DNA of 64,000 bases from NCBI GenBank assembly GCA_964597575.1, contig CAZQXB010000001.1:274111-338110 (forward strand), given 5' to 3'. This document shows positions 56,527-64,000 of this stretch, piece by piece. The DNA is from an uncultured Gammaproteobacteria bacterium. GTDB taxonomy: Bacteria; Patescibacteriota; Patescibacteriia; Magasanikbacterales; UBA922. How positions within the stretch are numbered: the stretch's first letter is position 1; each line of letters opens with the position of its first letter. The notes beneath the pieces were generated by a model. It saw only the letters and a list, made by a program, of their open reading frames with translations. It was not told the DNA's origin and ran no database searches. A program made the translations under genes and the position numbers.

Positions 56527-57327
56527 ATGACCAAAATTATTGCTGTCGTTAATCAAAAAGGTGGAGTGGGAAAAACCACGACCGCCATGAATTTGGCTGC
56601 GGCACTCGCTGAGGAAGGAAAGTTTGTGCTCCTTGTTGATATGGATCCCCAAGGGAATGCTTCAAGTGGGCTCGGGGTAAATAAAAGCACGACCGAACAC
56701 GGGGTATACGAGGCACTTGCAAAACAAAAGCGGCTACATGATGTCGTACAGAATACTGGCCATGAGGGTCTGCGCGTTGCCCCTGCCACGTCAAATCTCG
56801 CTGGAGCGAATGTTGAATTAATCGACGTAGAACGCCGTGAATTTCAGCTGTCAGACCTTCTCGAAGAGGTGCGTCATGCGTACGATTACATTGTTATCGA
56901 TTGCCCACCCTCGCTTGGTCTCCTTACCATTAATAGTTTGGTTGCCGCGGACGAGCTTCTTATCCCGGTTCAAGCCGAATACTATGCGCTTGAGGGGTTA
57001 GGTCAACTTTTGGAAACCATCGGGCTTATTAAAGAACATATTAAAGCTGATTTGAAGGTGCTTGGTGCGGTCATTACCATGTTTGATAAACGGAACAAGC
57101 TGTCGACCGACATCATGAATGAATTATACAAATATTTTCCCAACAATATTTTCCAAAGTGTTATTCCTCGCACGGTCCGTTTGGCCGAGGCGCCAAGCTT
57201 TGGAAAATCGATTTTTCATTACGAACCAGGAGGTAAGGGGGCGAAAGCGTACGAACGCTTAGTCAAAGAAATTCTTTTACGCCATGATGAAGAACTGGCC
57301 TTGGCCGCTTCTCAGGCACAATCATAA
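56527..57327 (+). CDS. parA: Chromosome partitioning ATPase ParA/Soj
   Basis: KGGVGKTTTA deviant Walker A. Confidence 0.9.
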   Translation: MTKIIAVVNQKGGVGKTTTAMNLAAALAEEGKFVLLVDMDPQGNASSGLGVNKSTTEHGVYEALAKQKRLHDVVQNTGHEGLRVAPATSNLAGANVELIDVERREFQLSDLLEEVRHAYDYIVIDCPPSLGLLTINSLVAADELLIPVQAEYYALEGLGQLLETIGLIKEHIKADLKVLGAVITMFDKRNKLSTDIMNELYKYFPNNIFQSVIPRTVRLAEAPSFGKSIFHYEPGGKGAKAYERLVKEILLRHDEELALAASQAQS

Positions 57328-57333
57328 TTTTCT

Positions 57334-58248
57334 ATGGCTTTGGGCAAAGGCTTACAATCACTTATTGGCGCACCAGGGAAATCTTCCACATCCACATCCA
57401 CTTCCACGATGAATCCTCTTTCTGCTTCTTCAAAAAAAACAGAATCTGGAGTATCAGAAAAGAAAGAGCATCGAGGGAATGAAGTGTGGCAAATTCCGCT
57501 TGGTGAAATCGTTCCGAATCGCGAACAACCACGCAAACACTTTGCGAGAGAAGACCTTGATAATTTAGTTGCTTCCATTAAAGAGCATGGGCTACTGCAG
57601 CCGATTACGGTTTCAGAAAAAGCCGGTGGCGGGTATGAGCTTATTGCAGGTGAACGCCGGTTTCGCGCTTCGCAAATTGTTGGTCTTCCTACCATTCCAG
57701 CACTCGTTCGAAAAACAAAAGATGATGCTGAGCGACTAGAGTTAGCACTTATTGAAAATATTCAACGACAGGATTTAAACCCAGTTGAAGAAGCGTTTGC
57801 ATACGACCGGTTGATTCATGAATTTGGTTTGACGCAAGAGGAAGTGTCTAAAAAGGTGGGCAAGAGCCGCTCTGCTGTTGCAAACGCAGTGCGCTTACTT
57901 GATTTACCAGAAGACATGCAAAAGGCGCTCATGGAGGGAACACTTTCAGCCGGAAAGGCGCGCGCGATTTTGAGTTTAAGTAGCGCCGAAGCCCAGCGAG
58001 AAATGTTTCAGAGTATGATGGGGGAAAGCATGACCGTGCGTGAAGCTGAGGCGCGTGTGGCAGCAAAAGGGAGTGAATCGCGCAAAGGATCGGTCCGACG
58101 TGATCCGAATGTCGTCGCTCAGGAAAAACTGATTGAAGAGCGATTAGGAACAAAGGTGCACATTACCAAAAAAGGGGAGAAGGGAACGATTGTGATTGAC
58201 TACTACTCTTTGGAGGAATTGAATCGGCTTCTAAGTGAATTAACCTAA
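57334..58248 (+). CDS. parB: Chromosome partitioning protein ParB/Spo0J (S/T-rich N-terminal extension)
   Basis: GERRFRAS ParB box and HTH region. Confidence 0.9.
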   Translation: MALGKGLQSLIGAPGKSSTSTSTSTMNPLSASSKKTESGVSEKKEHRGNEVWQIPLGEIVPNREQPRKHFAREDLDNLVASIKEHGLLQPITVSEKAGGGYELIAGERRFRASQIVGLPTIPALVRKTKDDAERLELALIENIQRQDLNPVEEAFAYDRLIHEFGLTQEEVSKKVGKSRSAVANAVRLLDLPEDMQKALMEGTLSAGKARAILSLSSAEAQREMFQSMMGESMTVREAEARVAAKGSESRKGSVRRDPNVVAQEKLIEERLGTKVHITKKGEKGTIVIDYYSLEELNRLLSELT

Positions 58249-58266
58249 TTTTTTAAAGGAGGGGGT

Positions 58267-61200
58267 ATGAGGTATTATTTTATCTTCGCTTTTCTTTTCT
58301 TTAGTTTTTTTGTACCCCACAAAATTTTAGCGGCTACCTCGGTTACAGGGGATATTCAATCGGACACAACTTGGGTTTTGGCTGGGAGTCCATATATTGT
58401 AGAGAATGAAACGTATGTGCTTCCTGGCGCAACACTACGGATTGAGCCTGGGGTGGTGGTAAAATTACGACGACCATTTAGTGCGCTTTTTGTAACAGGC
58501 TCAATGATTGCTGAAGGAACATCATCTTCGCCAATTTTTTTTACATCATACCGAGATGATAGTGTTGGTGGTGATACCAACGGTGACGGAGCACGTTCTG
58601 TTCCAGCACCTCGCGATTGGGATAAAGTTTTTGTAGGATCAGGTGGACGCGTATCTTTAGCCTACGCAACTATTCGTTATGCTGGGCAATTTGCACCAAG
58701 CGCAGCACTCTACAATAATGGCGGTACAGTGTCTTCAACAGGAAGCACTTTTTCCCAAAGTATTGTTGGGGTGTATGCGGAAGGGGGAACTACTACTATA
58801 CAACGGAGTACATTTTCTGATCAATCAGTTGGATATTATTACGTGCGTGGGGTAACCCACATATCACTCAATCGTTTTTTGAATTTAAGTCGATATGCTT
58901 TCGACAATTCGTTCGGTCGTCCGATTGACGCGCGGTATAACTACTGGGGAAGTGCCTCAGGTCCATTTCATGCAACGGAACATCCTACGGGTACTGGCGG
59001 CGTGATTCATGGCGCTCGTGTACAATTTACGCCTTGGATTGACTTTGATCCTGTGCTCGAATCAGCACGAGGAGTATGTTTCTCGAACTGTCGGAATCCG
59101 GTCATTTTTATTCCGGGGATTATGGGCACTGAGTTTGTGCGACGAGAGGTGAATGGAGATGAGGAGGTGGTGTGGTTAGACATAACAAAAGTTGCGGTAA
59201 GTGATCAGGATTATTTCATGAGGTACCTTAGTTTAGATTTAGTCGGAAATCCTCTTTTTGATAATGTGTTTGCTACGAGTGTTATGCGTTTTAAAAACAT
59301 TCTTCGTACAACAATTTTTAACTATACAGAAAGTTTAATAGGGAATTTAATTGCACAGGGATATCAAGAGAATACAAATCTTTTCTTCTTCCCTTATGAC
59401 TGGCGTTTGAGTAATGCCCATACGGCCCAACTGTTGGCAGCTCGAATAGATGAGGTTCTCGCGCAAACTGGTGCTACTAAAGTAGATATCATTGCCCATA
59501 GTATGGGAGGGCTTGTGGTTAAAGAATATATCCGTACTCACGAGACTGAACCAAAGATAGATAAACTCCTATTTCTAGGTACCCCTCACTTAGGTTCCCC
59601 TGACGCTATTAAAAATCTCCTTTTTGGGGGAGACTTAGGTCTTAAATATAAAGATCACAGCTTTCTCGATCGTACTCGGGTAAAAGAACTTGCGCGAAAT
59701 ATGCGAAGTATTTACGAACTTCTCCCTACAGAGCAGTATTTACAATCGTACGGCTCAGTCGTGAGTGATTTAGAACAAAGAAAAGCGTACGACCATGAAG
59801 AAACAAAATCTTTTTTTGGTGAGCAACATTTAAACATGTTTTTGGTTTGGGGTGCGGAGTCTTTTCACCAGAATTTAGATAACTTTGTTCTCCCAGACAG
59901 TATTGAAAGTTATAGTATCCAAGGGTGTGGAATTCCCACTATTCGACGACTGGTCAAACAGTCACCAAAATTTGGAGAAGTTGAATGGCTTATGCATGTT
60001 GGAAATGGAGACAGTACCGTGCCGCTATCCAGTGCCAGTTTTGTCTCTGTCCCAGAGAGTCATAAAATTACCATTCCAGGTCTGGGCCACTCTGAGATGC
60101 CAAGTGATGATTTGATTCAACCTCTTATTATTAGTTTGTTATCCGGAAATACATCAACTATTCAAGCATCAGTACAGGCATCAAATCACCCAGATCAATG
60201 CGGTCTTCATGGTTCTCTCGTGTCAGTGCATAGCCCTGTAGCGATTTCAGCAACAGATAGTATGGGTCGGTATGTCGGAGCCTCAGTTTCTGGAGGTGTA
60301 GATTTGGGCATACCAGGATCAATGTATGAAGAGCTGGATGGAAATAAGTTTATCTTTTTACCCACAAATGAGAGTGGGGAACCATACATAATTACACTCG
60401 ATGGTATGGCCACAGGAACATTTAATGCTAGGGTTACACGTATTGTTGAAGACATTCCAGAAGAAACAAGTATTTTTATTGATATTCCAGTAACAAGTGA
60501 ATCAGTGGGATCGTTCACACTTCCCTCAGGTGAAGAAGAGTTTTCACCCGTATTAGTGTACGATGAAGAGGGGGGTGGAACCAGTACAAATATCATCCCT
60601 GACGCAACCACAAACGAAGAAGATGAGGGAGATTTTACCCCTCCTACTACAACAATAAGTATTTCTGGCACGGTTGGGGATCATGGTTGGTATAAAAGTG
60701 TGGTGACTCTTGTACCAAGCTCAGTCGATGATGAGAGTGGGGTACTACGAACTATGTACTCAGTTAATGGTGGGTCTACATGGCATGTGTACGCCACACC
60801 CCTTTTAGTGACTGGTGACGGTACTCATACTCTGCAGTATTTTAGTATTGATGCTATAGGTAATAGAGAGGATCCTCGAGAAATCAGATTCTCTATCGAT
60901 CAAACCCCACCAGAAGCAGAGTTTTATTTTGACTCTACAATTCAAGATATGAGAGTACAGGGTACTGATGTGTTAAGCGCTACAACAGTCTCAACTACAC
61001 CGACGACTTATGTAGTACGAGACCAGGCTGGTAACACACTAGAATTGGTGTTTAAAGAGGTTAATAGAAGAATACTCAAGCGAGCTTCTCTCGATCGGCT
61101 TGTCTATAATGGTCAGGTAATACTTCCAAATGCACGTCTGACATCGTTTGTCTGGCTAACAAACACAAGAAATGAGATACTATCCCTGCAGCAAGCTCTG

Positions 61201-61362
61201 CGATATGAAGTGGATGAGGGGTTATATGCGTTGTATACCAAACTCGGGAATCGTACGTTTATTCGAGAAAGAGTAAATTGGAATACGTTCGTTGATCGAT
61301 TTGAGAGTGGGATGAGGGCGTTTCGGTTTAGGACTAATAATGGTTCGATTAACTACTATTGA
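58267..61362 (+). CDS. Large secreted protein with N-terminal beta-helix-like region, a central alpha/beta-hydrolase lipase domain (PGAP1/LCAT-like) and C-terminal Ig-like domains
   Basis: Signal peptide MRYYFIFAFLFFSFFVPHKILAAT. Nucleophile elbow IAHSMGG, then GTPHLGSP. Confidence 0.65.
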   Translation: MRYYFIFAFLFFSFFVPHKILAATSVTGDIQSDTTWVLAGSPYIVENETYVLPGATLRIEPGVVVKLRRPFSALFVTGSMIAEGTSSSPIFFTSYRDDSVGGDTNGDGARSVPAPRDWDKVFVGSGGRVSLAYATIRYAGQFAPSAALYNNGGTVSSTGSTFSQSIVGVYAEGGTTTIQRSTFSDQSVGYYYVRGVTHISLNRFLNLSRYAFDNSFGRPIDARYNYWGSASGPFHATEHPTGTGGVIHGARVQFTPWIDFDPVLESARGVCFSNCRNPVIFIPGIMGTEFVRREVNGDEEVVWLDITKVAVSDQDYFMRYLSLDLVGNPLFDNVFATSVMRFKNILRTTIFNYTESLIGNLIAQGYQENTNLFFFPYDWRLSNAHTAQLLAARIDEVLAQTGATKVDIIAHSMGGLVVKEYIRTHETEPKIDKLLFLGTPHLGSPDAIKNLLFGGDLGLKYKDHSFLDRTRVKELARNMRSIYELLPTEQYLQSYGSVVSDLEQRKAYDHEETKSFFGEQHLNMFLVWGAESFHQNLDNFVLPDSIESYSIQGCGIPTIRRLVKQSPKFGEVEWLMHVGNGDSTVPLSSASFVSVPESHKITIPGLGHSEMPSDDLIQPLIISLLSGNTSTIQASVQASNHPDQCGLHGSLVSVHSPVAISATDSMGRYVGASVSGGVDLGIPGSMYEELDGNKFIFLPTNESGEPYIITLDGMATGTFNARVTRIVEDIPEETSIFIDIPVTSESVGSFTLPSGEEEFSPVLVYDEEGGGTSTNIIPDATTNEEDEGDFTPPTTTISISGTVGDHGWYKSVVTLVPSSVDDESGVLRTMYSVNGGSTWHVYATPLLVTGDGTHTLQYFSIDAIGNREDPREIRFSIDQTPPEAEFYFDSTIQDMRVQGTDVLSATTVSTTPTTYVVRDQAGNTLELVFKEVNRRILKRASLDRLVYNGQVILPNARLTSFVWLTNTRNEILSLQQALRYEVDEGLYALYTKLGNRTFIRERVNWNTFVDRFESGMRAFRFRTNNGSINYY

Positions 61363-61365
61363 TGT

Positions 61366-61689
61366 ATGCAGAAAATTTCAACAAGCGTAAAAAGAAATAT
61401 TTTGTTATTTTCAATTTGGTTGGTTGTGGTTCTTTTTCCCCATGTATTTATCTATATTAGAAATGGTAAGCCTCAAACACATTTACCCATAGAATGGGAG
61501 TATTTTTATGAGGCCGTAAGTTTTGCCGGCATTATCGCCATAATCATCTTTGTTATGGCTATGGGAAAAGCAAATAGAAATCTTTTTTCATATATTACGC
61601 TGATTCTCTGCATTCCCGTACTCTGTTTTATAGCGTTGGTCATTATTTATCGTATAGCCGCTCAACAGGCAATGGGAGCCTTTTTTTAA
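61366..61689 (+). CDS. Small membrane protein (107 aa)
   Basis: Three TM helices; C-terminus YRIAAQQAMGAFF. Confidence 0.5.
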   Translation: MQKISTSVKRNILLFSIWLVVVLFPHVFIYIRNGKPQTHLPIEWEYFYEAVSFAGIIAIIIFVMAMGKANRNLFSYITLILCIPVLCFIALVIIYRIAAQQAMGAFF

Positions 61690-61808
61690 AGACTCTCAGC
61701 TTAGACGTACGTTAAATTTTGAACGCGGATGCTATGGTTTACTCCGAGTGATACCCCGTCAGCCCCTGTGGGGTAGTTCATTTTTTTGTTTATGAAAAAA
61801 AGTCACTA

Positions 61809-62086
61809 TTGATCTCCGCATGGTTTTTAGTAATTTTATCTCAGGCCGCAATTTTTATAGCGAATTTTTTAATCGGAACACGATTAAACATATTTTGGGA
61901 TCATCTATCGTCCGCAGTTTCAATTGCAGGTTCCTGTATATTTTTCTTGTTTTTTATTTTGTTAGACCGTGTAGAGCGAAATTGGAAATCCTGGGAATGT
62001 TTATTTCTATAATACTCATAGTTTGTTTTTTAGGGGTTTTATATATTTTTAGGGCTGTTGCACGTGATGCAATGGGAGTATTCTAA
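61809..62086 (+). pseudogene. Frameshifted paralog of the 61366 membrane protein
   Basis: Frame A (61809-62012) matches the central part (AVSIAGSCIFFLFF vs AVSFAGIIAIIIFV). Frame B (to 62086) matches the C-terminus (YIFRAVARDAMGVF vs IIYRIAAQQAMGAFF). Confidence 0.5.
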
Positions 62087-62300
62087 CTTATGTCACAGAA
62101 GAGGTCCACACCAAAAAGATCGAGCGAATCGACCAGTCGAGAACGAGCAAATTGAAGTACATTTACCGACCGGTTTGAGAGTGGCGGGAGAGACTAATCA
62201 TTCACTATGAAAAGAATTAACCTTGAACTAAGCATACTCAGTATCGTGGGCATTATTTTGCCACATGTGTATCTCTCTTTTAGAGAGAAGAGCACGACGA

Positions 62301-63794
62301 CTACTTCTTTCGCGGCAACACGGCTTTCAACCAACCACTCAACCGACTCTTCTGCTTGCCACGAATATGGGCGCGCGCGGTTTGGGTTTTCACGACATTA
62401 ATCCAATCAGGGTTTGGACCTTTGCGATTTTTATCAACGAGAATTTCTACGACATCACCATTTTTGAGTGCAGTTTCGAGACTCGTCAGTTTATCGTTCA
62501 CGATCGCGCCACTACATTTATTTCCGATATCTGAATGAATGTGATACCCAAAATCGATCGGTGTGGCGCCTTCTGGTAAGTCGATGACATCCCCCTTCGG
62601 GGTAAACACGAAAATACGGTCCTGAAGAAAATTCACTTTAATTTCTTCTAAGTCCGAGAGGCCGTTTAATAAGTCTTTTTGAATTTCGGCTAATTCCTTT
62701 ACCCAGCGGAGTTCTTTTTTAGGAATAAGAGCACCGTTCTCATCGTAATGCCAGTGTGCGGCCACACCGTACTCAGCTTCCTCGTGCATTTCTGTGGTAC
62801 GGATTTGAAACTCAATCGTATCTCCATTTTCTAAAAATACGGACGTGTGGAGTGATTTATACCCATTCGGTTTCGGTTGAGAAATATAATCTTTAATACG
62901 CCCTTTGACCGGCTTCCATAATTTATGAAGAACGCCAAGGGCTGCATAACAATCGGCCATGGTGGGCACAATAATCCGGAAAGCAATGAGGTCGTGGATA
63001 TTGGTCACTTCACCTTGTTTGCGCTGAAGTTTCAAAAAGAAACTATAGAGTCTCTTTTTTCGTCCATACAAACTGAGATAGGGGATGCCCGCTTCGGCCA
63101 GTTCTTTCTTAACCAGTTCTTCAATTCTCGTAAATTCTGTTTCTTTGCCGGCCAACTTTTCTTCTTGAATTTTCTTTGTTTTTACGTATTCTTCAGGATA
63201 CACATACTGAAACGACAGGTCTTCAAGTTCACCTTTCATTTCTCCCATACCCAGACGGTTGGCAATTGGAGCGTAAATTTCTAAACTCTCAAGGGCAATG
63301 CGATAGCGTTTGTTCGGGGGCAGGGCGCCGAGCGTTTCCAAATTGTGAATGCGGTCGGCAAATTTAATAATCATGACCCGAATATCTTCGGCCATGGCGA
63401 TAAACATTTTTCGTAAATTCTCAATGTAGCGCTCCACGCCACGGTATTTTAATTTTCCAAGCTTGGTAATACCATTTACAAGGTTCATGATTTCGCTCCC
63501 GAATTCTTTTTCAATATCTTCAAGTGTAGTCGAAGTGTCTTCTGGTACATCATGAAGAAGGGTCGCCATGACAAGAACTGGGTCAATACGCATTCCGGCT
63601 AAGCGGTGCGCGGCTGCAAGCGGGTGAATGATATAGGGCTCTCCAGATTTACGAAACTGACCTTCATGAGCCCGCGCTGCGAATTCGTAGGCGCGCCGCA
63701 CTTTTTGAATATCAAAAGACTTCGGAGTATACCCCTCAATAATCTGAATAAGAGTCTCGATCGTTTGCGGATTTGGTTGTGGGGTGCTCGGCAT
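62301..63794 (-). CDS. rel: Short RelA/SpoT-family (p)ppGpp synthetase/hydrolase (HD + synthetase + TGS; no ACT domain)
   Basis: HDVPEDT HD motif, RIKDYISQPKPNGYKSLHTSV synthetase motif, and TGS region. Confidence 0.85.
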   Translation of the reverse strand: MPSTPQPNPQTIETLIQIIEGYTPKSFDIQKVRRAYEFAARAHEGQFRKSGEPYIIHPLAAAHRLAGMRIDPVLVMATLLHDVPEDTSTTLEDIEKEFGSEIMNLVNGITKLGKLKYRGVERYIENLRKMFIAMAEDIRVMIIKFADRIHNLETLGALPPNKRYRIALESLEIYAPIANRLGMGEMKGELEDLSFQYVYPEEYVKTKKIQEEKLAGKETEFTRIEELVKKELAEAGIPYLSLYGRKKRLYSFFLKLQRKQGEVTNIHDLIAFRIIVPTMADCYAALGVLHKLWKPVKGRIKDYISQPKPNGYKSLHTSVFLENGDTIEFQIRTTEMHEEAEYGVAAHWHYDENGALIPKKELRWVKELAEIQKDLLNGLSDLEEIKVNFLQDRIFVFTPKGDVIDLPEGATPIDFGYHIHSDIGNKCSGAIVNDKLTSLETALKNGDVVEILVDKNRKGPNPDWINVVKTQTARAHIRGKQKSRLSGWLKAVLPRKK

Positions 63795-63806
63795 ACCAGG
63801 AAAGGG

Positions 63807-64000
63807 TTATGCGGTCTTCCGGCGGCGTTTTGTGGCAGGTTTTTTCGAAGCCAAAAGATCAAGTGCTTTTTCAAGGGTAAGTTCTTCCTGAGTCATTTCT
63901 TTCGGAAGTGAGATAAACGTTCTCGTGCCATTTGAAATATATGGTCCATATCGACCGTCAAGAAGTTGGATTGGCTTTTCTGTTTTTGGATCAACTCCAA
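63807..64000 (-). CDS. topA: C-terminal end of DNA topoisomerase I, truncated at the window edge
   Basis: ...GVDPKTEKPIQLLDGRYGPYISNGTRTFISLPK...KRRRKTA resembles a TopA C-terminal Lys-rich tail. Confidence 0.5.
   Translation of the reverse strand, partial: GVDPKTEKPIQLLDGRYGPYISNGTRTFISLPKEMTQEELTLEKALDLLASKKPATKRRRKTA

Overview
This 64-kb window looks like a streamlined, roughly 45% GC bacterial chromosome. Several signatures point to a CPR/Patescibacteria-like lineage: an S10-spc ribosomal cluster with no L30, many r-proteins carrying low-complexity extensions, a 16S rRNA gene with no linked 23S or tRNA, short Rel and NusB forms, and a strong recurring promoter consensus TTGACA-N17-TATACT. 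Translation appears to use the standard code (TGA is used as a stop).

The backbone encodes housekeeping functions: rnc, nusB, rpmF, queA and tgt, uvrD/pcrA, ndk, trhO, rpsL-rpsG-fusA, tuf, the S10 through secY-adk-map block, asnS, aspS, scpAB, parAB, rel, and a partial topA at the right edge.

Four discrete coding segments stand out because they have high-GC codon usage (GC3-rich) yet are driven by host-type AT-rich promoters:
- 12159-12926, a YbdK/GCS2-family ligase.
- about 16850-17730, a cluster of small ORFs beside tRNA-Pro.
- 46960-47553, a proline-rich membrane protein.
- about 51771-56160, a 4.4-kb island beside tRNA-Leu.

The tRNA-Leu island is the most unusual region. It carries three minus-strand genes (two lipoproteins and a cytoplasmic protein) plus one divergent plus-strand gene. 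Each has its own canonical promoter preceded by a conserved upstream element at fixed spacing. The two lipoprotein genes share a homologous 5' UTR whose hairpin occludes the Shine-Dalgarno sequence, and each is followed by a near-identical 83-bp repeat containing a 13-bp palindrome.

Other candidates worth a second look:
- A Trp-codon leader-peptide attenuator upstream of the GCS2 ligase and a neighbouring class-I glutamine amidotransferase.
- A Met-codon-run leader plus terminator upstream of a DUF62 SAM hydroxide adenosyltransferase.
- A 30-aa cysteine-rich peptide gene with its own terminator.
- A conserved motif at fixed distance upstream of both the 16S and tuf promoters.
- A short uORF coupled to asnS.
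- An 18-bp perfect palindrome next to a short ORF flanked by two terminators.
- A frameshifted paralog of a small membrane protein.

No CRISPR array, integrase, transposase or reverse transcriptase was found. Every call rests on reading the sequence and on family-level motifs recalled from memory; no database search was run.
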